Assembly (NCBI GenBank): GCA_963977445.1
Contig: CAXBPH010000006.1
Coordinates: 1 to 51,230 of the forward strand
DNA: 51,230 nucleotides
Origin: an uncultured bacterium
GTDB lineage: Bacteria; Hydrogenedentota; Hydrogenedentia; Hydrogenedentales; JAEUWI01
Direction: 5' to 3'
A program made the translations under genes and the position numbers. The notes beneath the pieces were generated by a model, which searched no databases, was not told the DNA's origin, and worked only from the letters and a program-made list of their open reading frames with translations. Shown here in pieces: positions 11,051 to 20,984 of this stretch. Position 1 is the first letter of the stretch; the number at the start of each line of letters is the position of its first letter.

Positions 11051-11195
11051 CTCATCCCCGAGAAGACGTCCCAATCGCCCGGGATCCAAAAAGTGCCGGT
11101 CGGGGGAATATTTTTCCCTGCGGCAGACCAGGTGTCTGCCGGCATCAAATATCTATGGTGCTGGTATGAAATGACTTAAACCCGGCGGTACGTTG

Positions 11196-11210
11196 TGGTC
11201 CGAATCTTGC
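11196..11210 (+). promoter_or_regulatory. Possible sigma54 -24/-12 promoter
   Basis: TGGTCCGAATCTTGC: GG-N10-GC spacing, two mismatches to TGGCACGNNNNTTGC. Confidence 0.3.
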
Positions 11211-11254
11211 GTTCGCTCTCCATTATTGGTTGCAAACGTATCGAGGTTCGTTCT

Positions 11255-12403
11255 ATGCGCGTATATGAATTCAATTCGCTGGTCAACGTCAATACGGATG
11301 TAAAAAGTACCGCTACCTATACCCGCCTCCCCCTCGGGGCCACACGAAGCTATGACGGGGTTGCGAAAGAGATGCATTCGACGGCCCCGACGCGAACGGA
11401 TGTGTCCTCCAGCCATCGGGTGCAGGGCGGAGAAAATCTGACGGGTATTGTTCGGGATTTCCTCCAGGCCCAGGGAAAAAATCCGTCCAACAGCGCTATA
11501 TACGACGGCGTGCGCAAGGTAGCCGGGGCCAATGGCCTTCGGAATGCCAATCTCATCCATCCCGGCCAGGACATTAACCTTTCGGTCCTGCTGGATCGGA
11601 GCGCTGCGGTGGATACGACGCCATCAGCAATTCTCGTTCCTTTATCCAGCGCGCCCGCACTTACAGTCACCCCCCTCCCGGCCCCCGTCGCCTCGTTGGC
11701 AACGTCCGTCCCCGCTGATCCCCTGCGGGAGCTGGCCCTTACACAAAGCGAAGGCCCCCTGAAAGTGGTCGCCGCGCTGACCCCTGAAGCCCCGTCGAAA
11801 ACACCGGTTGCGGCAGTCGCCGACGAATCGGATGGGGAAAATGGCGTTGGTGGTGTGCCAGGTGAACGTGCGACACGGTTGCAGCGCCTCCTGAATGGCA
11901 CGGCCGATGCACTCGCCCTCGTGCGCGATCTTATGGGCGAAAAGAACGCCCCCGACGAATTAACCACACCATCAAATCCCTGGCAACCCATTCTAAACGG
12001 TTCTGCCCGAATCAGTTCCAATTATGGCATGCGAAAGGACCCCTTCACGGGTCGCATGTCATTTCACGGGGGTATTGACCTGGCCGCCAAGCGGGGCACC
12101 GAGATTACGGCATTCCGCGATGGTGAGGTGACCTTCAGCGGATGGAAAGGGGGCTATGGAAACATGGTCGTCGTTCGCCACGAAGATGGCCTGGAATCGG
12201 TCTACGGCCATACGGCAAAGAATCTGGTCACCGTCGGCGATAAGGTCGACGCGGGCACCGTCATCGCCAATGTGGGGTCCACCGGGCGTTCAACGGGCCC
12301 CCATCTCCATCTCGAAATGCGTCGCCACGGCAAAGCCATCAATCCCATGCCCCACCTCGAAGATCACCCCGTCCGACTGGCGCAAAACGAATCGGGCAAC
12401 TGA
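11255..12403 (+). CDS. LysM-like domain plus M23 family metallopeptidase
   Basis: HRVQGGENLTGI...ANGLRNANLIHPGQ (LysM-like); HGGIDL, GYGN, YGH, GRSTGPHLHLE (M23). Confidence 0.9.
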   Translation: MRVYEFNSLVNVNTDVKSTATYTRLPLGATRSYDGVAKEMHSTAPTRTDVSSSHRVQGGENLTGIVRDFLQAQGKNPSNSAIYDGVRKVAGANGLRNANLIHPGQDINLSVLLDRSAAVDTTPSAILVPLSSAPALTVTPLPAPVASLATSVPADPLRELALTQSEGPLKVVAALTPEAPSKTPVAAVADESDGENGVGGVPGERATRLQRLLNGTADALALVRDLMGEKNAPDELTTPSNPWQPILNGSARISSNYGMRKDPFTGRMSFHGGIDLAAKRGTEITAFRDGEVTFSGWKGGYGNMVVVRHEDGLESVYGHTAKNLVTVGDKVDAGTVIANVGSTGRSTGPHLHLEMRRHGKAINPMPHLEDHPVRLAQNESGN

Positions 12404-12450
12404 TCCTCCAATAACCCACACAATATTCTGTCTCAGGCGCAACTGGGTAC

Positions 12451-12489
12451 AAAATACCCCGGGATACACTGCGGTATCCCGGGGTTTTT
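12451..12489. terminator. Bidirectional terminator between convergent genes
   Basis: ACCCCGGGATAC/GTATCCCGGGGT stem flanked by A and T tracts. Confidence 0.75.
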
Positions 12490-12508
12490 CTATACGCGCT
12501 GATTGACC

Positions 12509-13606
12509 CTATTCGAGTACCAGCTCTACACGGCGATTCTGGGCTTTTTCTGCCGCCGTCTTGTTTTCATTGGTGGGCATGGACTCACCATAGAAGGAAA
12601 CCACCACACGATCCGCCGGGGCACCACGCTGGATCAGGTAGGCCTGAATCATTTCCGCACGACGTTTTGAAAGGTCCTGGTTCGCCGGCTCGCCCGCGAC
12701 GCTGTCGGTATGTCCCTTCACATGAAGCTTAAGATTGGGCCATTCCTGAAGGATGTGGACCAAGCCACGGAGGTAGCCTTTGGTCTCGGAAGAGAACGCC
12801 GCGCTACCACTGGCGTAGTAGACGGTGTCGAGAATCGCAGGAGAATCCGGCACGCCGTCATAGTCGTGCCAGTTGTTGTGGGTTTCCGGATCGTTGATCT
12901 TGAGATCATCCAGATCCAGAACCTTATCCTGATCGTTGTCCGGATCCGGAATACCGTCCTCATCCTCAAAGCCATCTTTGTCTTCCGGTGCCCAGGGAGC
13001 GCCGTCTTTCATATCCACAATGCCGTCGCCATCCACATCCTGCGACCAGATGGTATCAATGTCCGCTTCCGCCGAGGGGATACGTGGTCCGGCCTGGGGC
13101 CAGTGACGCACTTCAATGAGCTCATGCTCGGCCCGGCTCAACTGATAGCTGGCATCGGCATAGAGCACCGGAGCCACCAGCGCGGCCTTGGCCGGATCGA
13201 GTTCGGCAAGACGCCCCTTCACGCGGTCAAAATCAGCCATACAGGCCGCCTTGTCCGCATATTGCTGGAAAGGACCCCGATCGGCAATACCCGACCCTTC
13301 GGCGATGGCCTGCTCGGCAAAATCATAGGAAAGTCGGGCATAGTCCCACGAGCCTTTCTGATCATTTTCCGACTTGGAGGCCTTGGCCATCTTCAGGTAT
13401 TTTGTGGCGGACTGATACTTGAAGGCGGCGTGGTGCTGTGCGCCCACGCGATGGGCCTTCAACACCATGGCTTCCGCCTCATGGATGTCGAAAAACTCAA
13501 CCTCATGGTAGTCGCGGGCCAGGGGGATTTCGTGCACCCCACGGCTTGTCTGGCAGCCGGCGAGAACCGCCAAGGCACACACGGGCATCATCCATTGAAA
13601 TTTCAT
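12509..13606 (-). CDS. OmpA-family lipoprotein with Ca-binding DxDxDG (TSP3-like) repeats
   Basis: Lipobox LAGC; DVDGDGIVD, EDKDGFEDEDGIPDPDNDQD; OmpA C-domain GHTD...NQDLSKRRA...NRRVE. Confidence 0.88.
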   Translation of the reverse strand: MKFQWMMPVCALAVLAGCQTSRGVHEIPLARDYHEVEFFDIHEAEAMVLKAHRVGAQHHAAFKYQSATKYLKMAKASKSENDQKGSWDYARLSYDFAEQAIAEGSGIADRGPFQQYADKAACMADFDRVKGRLAELDPAKAALVAPVLYADASYQLSRAEHELIEVRHWPQAGPRIPSAEADIDTIWSQDVDGDGIVDMKDGAPWAPEDKDGFEDEDGIPDPDNDQDKVLDLDDLKINDPETHNNWHDYDGVPDSPAILDTVYYASGSAAFSSETKGYLRGLVHILQEWPNLKLHVKGHTDSVAGEPANQDLSKRRAEMIQAYLIQRGAPADRVVVSFYGESMPTNENKTAAEKAQNRRVELVLE

Positions 13607-14113
13607 AAACACATTATCCTCTCTTCGGTACGTTTCCTACGGTGGGCCAAAGACCGCCCTGACCCTTTATTCCATGACTCATGGGGTATCACGACAAAGT
13701 TTTATCGCACGAAACACGCCCTGAGTCTATTTAGTATTGACAGTAAGGGTGATAACCGTCCGTAATGGGGATTACAAAACGGAACGGTTTATTACTAATC
13801 TCGTCGATTGGCAAGAGATAATATGGTGAGAATACCGAAATATGCGCTTAGTGGAATGGGATAAACGGCAGAAAGGTCGCCCTTTGTTCGACAGTGCCAA
13901 CCCGAATTTCGTAAAATACACAACATCAGGATAGTAGCGAGCGCCAATCTGAAGAAGTAACAGTCTGTGCTGTCGGGGCCGGGGCATAGTATTGTTTTCA
14001 GATAGTAAGGCGAACGCACCTGTCGGGCGCGACAATGAGCGCGCCCGTCCACACGTCCATGGCATAGACGATGCCGACCACAACAAAAACAACGACTGGG
14101 GAGTACCTAAGCC

Positions 14114-17100
14114 TTGTCAAACGTGCACCAAGAACCCGACTTGCCCATGAGCGCCGACGGAGAAACCGGGCGATATGAGCGGCGACACATCGTTCGTTAT
14201 ATCAGCCTGAAACTGGCTGCGCTGGGCCTGCCCACCTACACCAAGGCCAGCACCGACTTTCTCGGCCTGACCCATGGGCTGCTCCGTAGCTACAAAGAGA
14301 AAAGTCGCCTGCTCTCGAATTACCTCTGTCCCATCGACACCCGTATCCAGCACTTTCTGGACGATTATCTCGCGGCGGAGTCACTCAACGGCTCGTTGCG
14401 TCTACCCGGTATTACCTTTACGCTGGACCGGCCCGGTCTGGCCCGGGAGCTTTCTCTTCCTGTTGATGGCAATGAATTTCACAACGACTACGTGGAATCC
14501 TATCGCCTGGAACAAGGCGTACTGCACAACCCGAGAAATGACCGCCGCACGACGAAAGGTGTTTTTCACGTAGCTGACGGAGGCCTGCCCGTACCGCTGG
14601 ACAAACGTGAAGTACCCAGGACGGTGTTTGGCAACCTCGCCATAGCGGCATTGAATCCCCCCCGCTCCCTCACAGAATTACCCTTCTTGTCCGGTCACGG
14701 CGAGCCAGCCCACTCCATGGTATCCCTCATGTTGCGCCCGCTGGTGGCTGCCGAGGTACCGGGCGTTTCCCCGGCAAAGACGATGGAAACGCGCTTCCTG
14801 GCACCGGGAAGTCTGGTCAGCAACCTCGATTTCGTAGAAACTATCTTCGGCAATGCAGGTGATCCCTCCCTGCCCGAAAACGATGCGGCGTTGGACGTGG
14901 AACACTGGAGCGGTCACACGGGCTGCGTCATCCTGGCACCCCACATCACCGCGTGTAAGAAAAAAGACCTGGGATTGCCCCACTACGACGACGCCACCGA
15001 ACGTCAGCGTCACGACGGTATGTGCTGGAAGGACCCCGAAGAATGTTACAACGATGGTGGTGCCTTCAAGATTACCTGCCGCGATGATCGGGGTATCGTA
15101 GTCACCCTCATCGCCGACAACTATTTTGGCTATTGTAAGAAAGAAGTGAAGACCCAACTGAGCTACGCGACCAATCTCTACGGCAATTGCGAAGAAGAGC
15201 ATGCCGGTGGCGCGCTGGCTTACGCCCGTTTCAATCTGGGCGATAAATTTCATATGGACGCCCGCTTCTCGAAAGACGATCACACTTTTGCGGAAATGGC
15301 CTCCAAGTACGGCGACCTGATGGATATCCAGTCCGAAGGATATGGCATTGACCGGCGCTACCCCGACATCATCTATGTGCCCGAAAATGTGCTCATCGAT
15401 TTGAATGCCCAGAAGGTAAGTTGGCAGCGGGACGGGGTGGAACAATCCATCCTCCTTTCCCCAAACCACACCTACGTAAATCCCGACGGTTACAAAGTGC
15501 ACATGGAAAAACACCAGGGTGCGCCGTCGTGGCGACTCATTGGCACAGGCGTCGAAGGCACCTTCTGCCACAAACCCTGCACCGTTTCGGGTGGGGGCAA
15601 GTCGGAGATCTCGAAATCCCTCCTCGATGCCGTCCACTATGGTCCCTTCTTTGTAGCGGATTATAAAGTGGACTTCGAAAAAGTCGAAGAGATCATGAAT
15701 CGGGACTACAGCAATCGCTTTGTAGACAAGGCGATCCAGTCCAAAGGTCGCCCCTTGCTCTCAAGCAACCGCTCCCTGGGCTCCGTGATTCGGCTGCTGA
15801 GCTATTCAGAAAAAGAATATGTGCCTGAATACAACGGCTGGCTGGAGACGATTCCCGACTACGTAAAGGCCATGGTCTTTATTATCAAGCGTTTCTACCG
15901 GCCCGAGTGGGGTGGAGACTGGCAGAGTCATTTCAGTGCCGACATCATCAACGGAAAACCAGGGCATGAGCTCAAATACAACGGCCGCAAACTCGTTGCG
16001 GGCTATCTCCGTGTGGGACTCTTGAGTGACGGCTCCTGGCGTACCTATAAACTGCGTCAGGATTTCATGCCCGCTGCAAAAATCCAGAAGGAAGATGATA
16101 TCTCCGCGTCGGTCGTGGTGCCTGCATCCCAACTGGAATATCTCAATCCCCAATACACCAACGCGAGCGTTAAGATTGTGGGCAATTGCGAAATGCGCCT
16201 CTTCCAGCGTCCCGACGAAGCCATTCATCGGGGTTACGATCAGCAAACGGAACGGGATCTGTCGGAAGACAATAATTTCATTTCGAATTTCGCGCCCTTG
16301 ACCCAGAACGACGCCCAGGAAATGAAACGCCAGATAATTTCCTTCGATGCCTACACCGAGCCCATGCAGTCCTTGATTAACCGCGCGGCATCAGAAAATG
16401 GCACCGCATTCTTTGTGTCCTCAGCCCATCCCCGTATTGTGGACGGCGCACCGACCAAGAACCCCCGTTATCTCCAGCTTCGCCCTGATTTGGCTGAACC
16501 ACGGGAACGTTACCTGGGTGAAGTGGCTACGCGTCTGCACCGTCGGGTACCCATCGATAAACCCGTTATCCAGCCGGTAAATGCTGTGCTGCCCGGGCGT
16601 CGTAATAATCCGCCGGACGTCAAAGCAGGTATCCGCCCCCTGGCCGTGTATAACCCCATACACTACCAGGAACTGCCCGAACTGTTTATGGACTTTATCG
16701 CGAGCTTGACCGGCAAATCCCCATCGACGACGGGGGCCGGCTCGGAAGGTGCGCTTACCAAGGGCCCCTTCAACTGTCTTACGCCGACCAGCGATCTGAA
16801 TAACGCGATGGTGTCCTACATTCTGACCGAGTATCACTGCTACTCCACGGCGGCGGGCTATATAGGACCCAACTACCGGGTCGATCATGACGTGAGTCTG
16901 TTGATTCCCGAAGTGTGGTGCCGCCTTTCCGAGGCGGAGAGAAATCCAACACGCCTCATCGAAGAAGGCTGTTTTGAAAAGGTGGAAGACTTCGAACACC
17001 TCGGCAAAACGGTGTACGCAAGTCGACTGGGCTACCGAATGACCGAAACCTTTTTGCGTCATTATTTCGGCCGTGTCTTCGACAGTCCGTCGTCCGTATT

Positions 17101-17584
17101 CAACGACGAAATGCTGCGCCCGGAAACCCAGGATATGGACGCCTACATTGACGGCATCAACAATATCGTGGAAGCCCAGCAGCGTTGCGCCCAGGCCTTC
17201 TTTGACGACGGCAGCATCGAAGCGGCCTGTCCGCCTCTGGCTGCCCTGCTTCATATCATGGCCCACGGCAACTACGACGGGAAGACGGTCCATGATCCCG
17301 AAGTACGGAAACTTTTTACCCTGGAGTATTTGCTGGCGAGCGATTGGTATCAGGAACGGCTCACCATCAAACAGGAGCGTGATCGGGCCCTGTGGGAACG
17401 GCATATTGCCCACCTGAAGGATTTCCAGACCAAGGTCAATTTCCACGATGCCGTCGATCAGCTTGATATCGAAGGACGTATCGTTTACGCCAAGGCAGAG
17501 CTCGCCAAGGTAAGCGCCCCCGAGTACCTTCATTCTCTCCGGGGAACCCTGGGTGCCGATCCCCTGTATCGAAGAAAGAAATAG
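14114..17584 (+). CDS. Pyrophosphate-dependent phosphoenolpyruvate carboxykinase (PEP carboxytransphosphorylase)
   Basis: About 1150 aa; GVLHNPRNDRRTTKGVFHV, ADNYFGYCKKEVKTQ, EEEHAGGA, P-loop-like CHKPCTVSGGGKSEISK typical of the Propionibacterium/Entamoeba PPi-PEPCK family. Confidence 0.88.
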   Translation: MSNVHQEPDLPMSADGETGRYERRHIVRYISLKLAALGLPTYTKASTDFLGLTHGLLRSYKEKSRLLSNYLCPIDTRIQHFLDDYLAAESLNGSLRLPGITFTLDRPGLARELSLPVDGNEFHNDYVESYRLEQGVLHNPRNDRRTTKGVFHVADGGLPVPLDKREVPRTVFGNLAIAALNPPRSLTELPFLSGHGEPAHSMVSLMLRPLVAAEVPGVSPAKTMETRFLAPGSLVSNLDFVETIFGNAGDPSLPENDAALDVEHWSGHTGCVILAPHITACKKKDLGLPHYDDATERQRHDGMCWKDPEECYNDGGAFKITCRDDRGIVVTLIADNYFGYCKKEVKTQLSYATNLYGNCEEEHAGGALAYARFNLGDKFHMDARFSKDDHTFAEMASKYGDLMDIQSEGYGIDRRYPDIIYVPENVLIDLNAQKVSWQRDGVEQSILLSPNHTYVNPDGYKVHMEKHQGAPSWRLIGTGVEGTFCHKPCTVSGGGKSEISKSLLDAVHYGPFFVADYKVDFEKVEEIMNRDYSNRFVDKAIQSKGRPLLSSNRSLGSVIRLLSYSEKEYVPEYNGWLETIPDYVKAMVFIIKRFYRPEWGGDWQSHFSADIINGKPGHELKYNGRKLVAGYLRVGLLSDGSWRTYKLRQDFMPAAKIQKEDDISASVVVPASQLEYLNPQYTNASVKIVGNCEMRLFQRPDEAIHRGYDQQTERDLSEDNNFISNFAPLTQNDAQEMKRQIISFDAYTEPMQSLINRAASENGTAFFVSSAHPRIVDGAPTKNPRYLQLRPDLAEPRERYLGEVATRLHRRVPIDKPVIQPVNAVLPGRRNNPPDVKAGIRPLAVYNPIHYQELPELFMDFIASLTGKSPSTTGAGSEGALTKGPFNCLTPTSDLNNAMVSYILTEYHCYSTAAGYIGPNYRVDHDVSLLIPEVWCRLSEAERNPTRLIEEGCFEKVEDFEHLGKTVYASRLGYRMTETFLRHYFGRVFDSPSSVFNDEMLRPETQDMDAYIDGINNIVEAQQRCAQAFFDDGSIEAACPPLAALLHIMAHGNYDGKTVHDPEVRKLFTLEYLLASDWYQERLTIKQERDRALWERHIAHLKDFQTKVNFHDAVDQLDIEGRIVYAKAELAKVSAPEYLHSLRGTLGADPLYRRKK

Positions 17585-17589
17585 TATCC

Positions 17590-18789
17590 ATGAAGTACCT
17601 GCTGGCACCCCTCGCGTGCGTGTTGTCGCTGGTGTCCATTGTCGAGCGTGCCGAGACGGAAAGCCCGCCCTTACCGGGGCTATACGTAAACGAGAATGGT
17701 GTTATCCAACGATATGGCAAGGCCTACTACGGTGTTGGCGTCAATTACATGGACGCCTTCACCCGGTGCCTGCAGGATCCGAAGGACACAAGCTATCGCG
17801 CGGGGTTTGCCACCTTGGCCGACCACGGAATTCCTTTTGCACGGCTGAACTTCGGCGGCTTCTATCCCATCGAGTGGGCCCTGTATCAGGAAGACCCTGA
17901 GCGGTACTTCGCCTTGATGGATGGCGTTGTACGCGCGGCGGAGGAATCCGGCGTCGGGCTCATCCCGTCCCTTTTCTGGTGGTCGGCCTGCATCCCCGAT
18001 CTGGTGGGCGAGCCCCGCAATCGATGGGGCGATCCCGAGAGCAAGACCCACGCCTTCATGCGGCGCTATGTGGGCGAAGTGGTTTCCCGATACAAAAACT
18101 CCCCGGCCATTTGGGCCTGGGAATTCGGCAATGAATACAGTTTGAACGTCGATTTACCCAACCCCGCCGAACATCGCCCCTGGACCCATGTGCACAAGGG
18201 ATGCCCCGCCGAACGGGGCCCCGAGGATGATCTCCGTACCGAAACGATTCGCGTAGCGCTCACGGCCTTCGGCGAAACCATTCGGGCGTTGGATACCCAT
18301 CGGCCCATTAGCGGGGGTAACAGTCTGCCCCGTACCGCCGCGTTTCACCTCCTTCAGGAAGGAAGCTGGACCCCGGATACACCGGCCGAATTTCGTGAGA
18401 ATCTGCTCTTAGTGACACCCGACCCCCTCGATCTGGTCTCGATCCATGTCTATCCCCACGCCCGCAAGGGCCGCTTCGGGGAGGAATCCATTTCCTACGC
18501 AAGGCTCTTTGACGAAGCAGCGGCCGGTGCGAAGGACGGGAAGAAGGGCTTGTTTGTGGGCGAATTTGGCGCGCCACCGGACAATAAGGCGCCCTGGACT
18601 CCGGAGAGCGCCCTCGAAGAAGGAAAGAAGCTCACCGCAGCCTTACTGGAGAGCCCGGTCCAACTGGCCGCTTACTGGGTCTTTGATTTCGCGTGGCAGG
18701 AAAAGTCCATGAGTGTGACCACAACCAATCATCGCAAGGGCTACCTCGATGTATTGGAAGCCGCCAATCAGGCCTTGGCGACGCGCTGA
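17590..18789 (+). CDS. Secreted glycoside hydrolase, GH5 (clan GH-A) family
   Basis: Signal peptide; AWEFGNE acid/base and VGEFG nucleophile motifs; SIHVY. Confidence 0.82.
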   Translation: MKYLLAPLACVLSLVSIVERAETESPPLPGLYVNENGVIQRYGKAYYGVGVNYMDAFTRCLQDPKDTSYRAGFATLADHGIPFARLNFGGFYPIEWALYQEDPERYFALMDGVVRAAEESGVGLIPSLFWWSACIPDLVGEPRNRWGDPESKTHAFMRRYVGEVVSRYKNSPAIWAWEFGNEYSLNVDLPNPAEHRPWTHVHKGCPAERGPEDDLRTETIRVALTAFGETIRALDTHRPISGGNSLPRTAAFHLLQEGSWTPDTPAEFRENLLLVTPDPLDLVSIHVYPHARKGRFGEESISYARLFDEAAAGAKDGKKGLFVGEFGAPPDNKAPWTPESALEEGKKLTAALLESPVQLAAYWVFDFAWQEKSMSVTTTNHRKGYLDVLEAANQALATR

Positions 18790-18840
18790 TAAGGGCAATT
18801 CGGTCTGGGAACTATAGGGTAGACCAAGACTTGGCGCGTG

Positions 18841-19611
18841 TCATTTTTCCTGGAGCAGGCGGACGGCGAGTTCTGGAAAATTCCGGACAATGGCGTCCCT
18901 GCAGGAGCCGCTGAAACCAAGGATGACGCTGGGCTCCTTGACGACGACCGTTGCGGGGTGTTTACCTCCCTGGAAGAAGGGCATGGGGTGTACAAAATCT
19001 CGCCAATCGCCCTCGGGCTGAAACACGTCTTCGCCGCCCTCCGTCTCTATGAGCCGCCCATCAACGATCTGAAACAGGGTATCCGCTGTGTCACCGGCAT
19101 TGACAATTACCTCACCCGGACCCACAAAGCGCTGGACCATATCCATGACATTTTTTTCCTGGTAGGCCTTAATAAAATTATTGGCCTCCCCGAGCCGTTG
19201 GGAAAATTGGCGACACAGGATACCCGTGATGCCTGGCAGCTTAACCATGATGGTGTCCAGGTGACGGGGTTGCAAGCGGAGGGCTACCGTGGCCATAACA
19301 CTCCGTACCGATGCCGTCCGATAGCCACCACCCAGGTAGGCCATCTCTCCGATGAAGACTGGCGCATCGGGCTCCACCAGGATGACGGCCAGTTCGCTGC
19401 CAGGCGTGCGTTCCCGGGGGGCGTCGGGTTGTTCCACGAGGCAATTCCCCCGGATAATGAGAAAAATATCCATGGCCGTATCTTCACCATGGACGACAAA
19501 TTCATCATTGGCGAAGCGCACCCCTTCTATATCGGGACAGACCCGGAGCAATTCATGAATCTCCGAGTCTTCGGGCAGTTCGATACTGTCGATATCAATA
19601 GGTTCTGGCAC
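18841..19611 (-). CDS. Cyclic-nucleotide-binding domain protein (one full and one degenerate cNMP domain)
   Basis: VVHGEDTAMDIFLIIRGNCLV, FIGEMAYL..GYRTASVRS; second GEVIVNAGDTADTLFQIVDGRL. Confidence 0.8.
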   Translation of the reverse strand: MPEPIDIDSIELPEDSEIHELLRVCPDIEGVRFANDEFVVHGEDTAMDIFLIIRGNCLVEQPDAPRERTPGSELAVILVEPDAPVFIGEMAYLGGGYRTASVRSVMATVALRLQPRHLDTIMVKLPGITGILCRQFSQRLGEANNFIKAYQEKNVMDMVQRFVGPGEVIVNAGDTADTLFQIVDGRLIETEGGEDVFQPEGDWRDFVHPMPFFQGGKHPATVVVKEPSVILGFSGSCRDAIVRNFPELAVRLLQEK

Positions 19612-19910
19612 AATCGACTCCTGAAGGTTCTACGTCGGACCATGCATGGGATTATTGTTGCACGGTTTGCGTCTCGTCAGTATACGCGGTTGGGACCAAT
19701 CAGTTAAATCTCTCTGGTCCCACCATATACTCGTTCAAAACGTCGTGGTGGGCCTGTCGAATACCCTCCTGTCGCACCAGGGAAAAAATCTCGTTGGGCA
19801 CCCGGTATGGAAATTCGATCAGCATTGTAGCCGTCGGGTAGGATGGCATCGATGGGTGGGGAGGACCCAAACGTCAGGTGGCCAGGGAAGCACCCACGGA
19901 GGGCAGTTAT

Positions 19911-20114
19911 GTGATTTGGAACGATGCAATCGGGGACGAGCGCAAGGGGCCCATCTACTACGCCGTGCTGGATACATTAGGCCGTCCTGGCGGGTTCTGG
20001 ATTTGCCTTTCCAACCGCGTCGTGGACGTTGTCGTCGTCACCAGGAAAGCTTTTGATAAGAAGAAATGGGGATTGCACGACCACATTTGCGATACCCGTG
20101 TAATACTGAAATAA
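19911..20114 (+). pseudogene. Miniature, internally deleted but in-frame paralog of the downstream GYF-RDD gene (pseudogene or microprotein)
   Basis: WNDAIGDERKGPI, GGFWICLSNRVVDV and AFDKKKWGLHDHICDTRVILK match three separated segments of 20203-20976; GGAGG precedes GTG 19911. Confidence 0.65.
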
Positions 20115-20202
20115 ATACAATCGCACCTGATAGATACATCAGATACATTTCGCACACGACGGCGGTGAGATCACCCCGGTGCTGAACGCAGGAGGAAAAA
20201 GT

Positions 20203-20976
20203 ATGGCTTGGTATTACGCACGCGGCGATGAACGTATGGGACCGGTGGAAGACGCCGATATGGAGCAGTTGGTGGCCTCGGGTGCCGTGAACGCCCAGAC
20301 CCTTGTCTGGCAAGAGGGCATGGCCGATTGGCAGCCCTACGGCAGCATCGATGGCGTCGCAGTCCCGGACACCGACCTGCCGGCGTCCCTATTCGGAGAG
20401 CAGAGCGCCCAGTCTTGCGCTGAATGCGGTCGAACCTTCGCTAGTGACGAGATGCTCTCCTATGAAAACCATTGGGTTTGCGCCGATTGTAAGGACGTAT
20501 TCTTCCAGCGGATTCGGGAGGGGGGCGGGCCCCTCACGCAATTGCGTTATGGTGGGTTCTGGATACGCTTTTGTGCCCGCATGATTGACGTCATTATCCT
20601 GGGCTTTGTGAGCATAATACAGAGTCTGGTTCAGACTGCTCTCGTCGGCTCGGCGGGCCTCAGATTTGATGGGACCACCGGTGCCACCGACTATATTGTC
20701 GCGGCCGTGGTATGGTTTATTTCTATCGCGATTGCCTTGAGTTATGAAGCCTTCTTCGTAGGCAAATACGCGGCCACACCGGGCAAAATGATCTTTGGGT
20801 TGCGGGTCGTGATGAGCGACGGAGGACGGGTCAGTTATCCCCGTGCAATAGGCCGTTATTTCGCAGCTTGGCTTAGCTATATCACGTTACTCATCGGGTA
20901 TATCATTGCCGCCTTCGATGATGAGAAGCGGGCCCTCCATGACCATATTTGTGATACCCGGGTGGTCCGGAAATAG
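20203..20976 (+). CDS. GYF_2 (DUF4339) plus Zn-ribbon plus RDD domain membrane protein
   Basis: WYY...GP...LVWQEGMADWQP (GYF_2); CAEC/CADC; GFWIRFCARMID, TPGKMIFGLRVV, RALHDHICDTRV (RDD). Confidence 0.88.
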   Translation: MAWYYARGDERMGPVEDADMEQLVASGAVNAQTLVWQEGMADWQPYGSIDGVAVPDTDLPASLFGEQSAQSCAECGRTFASDEMLSYENHWVCADCKDVFFQRIREGGGPLTQLRYGGFWIRFCARMIDVIILGFVSIIQSLVQTALVGSAGLRFDGTTGATDYIVAAVVWFISIAIALSYEAFFVGKYAATPGKMIFGLRVVMSDGGRVSYPRAIGRYFAAWLSYITLLIGYIIAAFDDEKRALHDHICDTRVVRK

Positions 20977-20984
20977 GGGGCGCC

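Noticed and set aside
11177..11206. Sigma28-like TAAA...TCCGAATC before the M23 gene
   Set aside because: Spacer too long and the -10 box matches poorly
13613..14113. Riboswitch in the 500-bp divergent intergenic region before PPi-PEPCK
   Set aside because: Only a short hairpin (GGGCGCG/CGCGCCC) is visible; no riboswitch consensus recognised
19911..20976. DGR template/variable repeat pair
   Set aside because: Differences between the duplicated ends are not adenine-specific (many C/T and synonymous changes) and no reverse transcriptase is present
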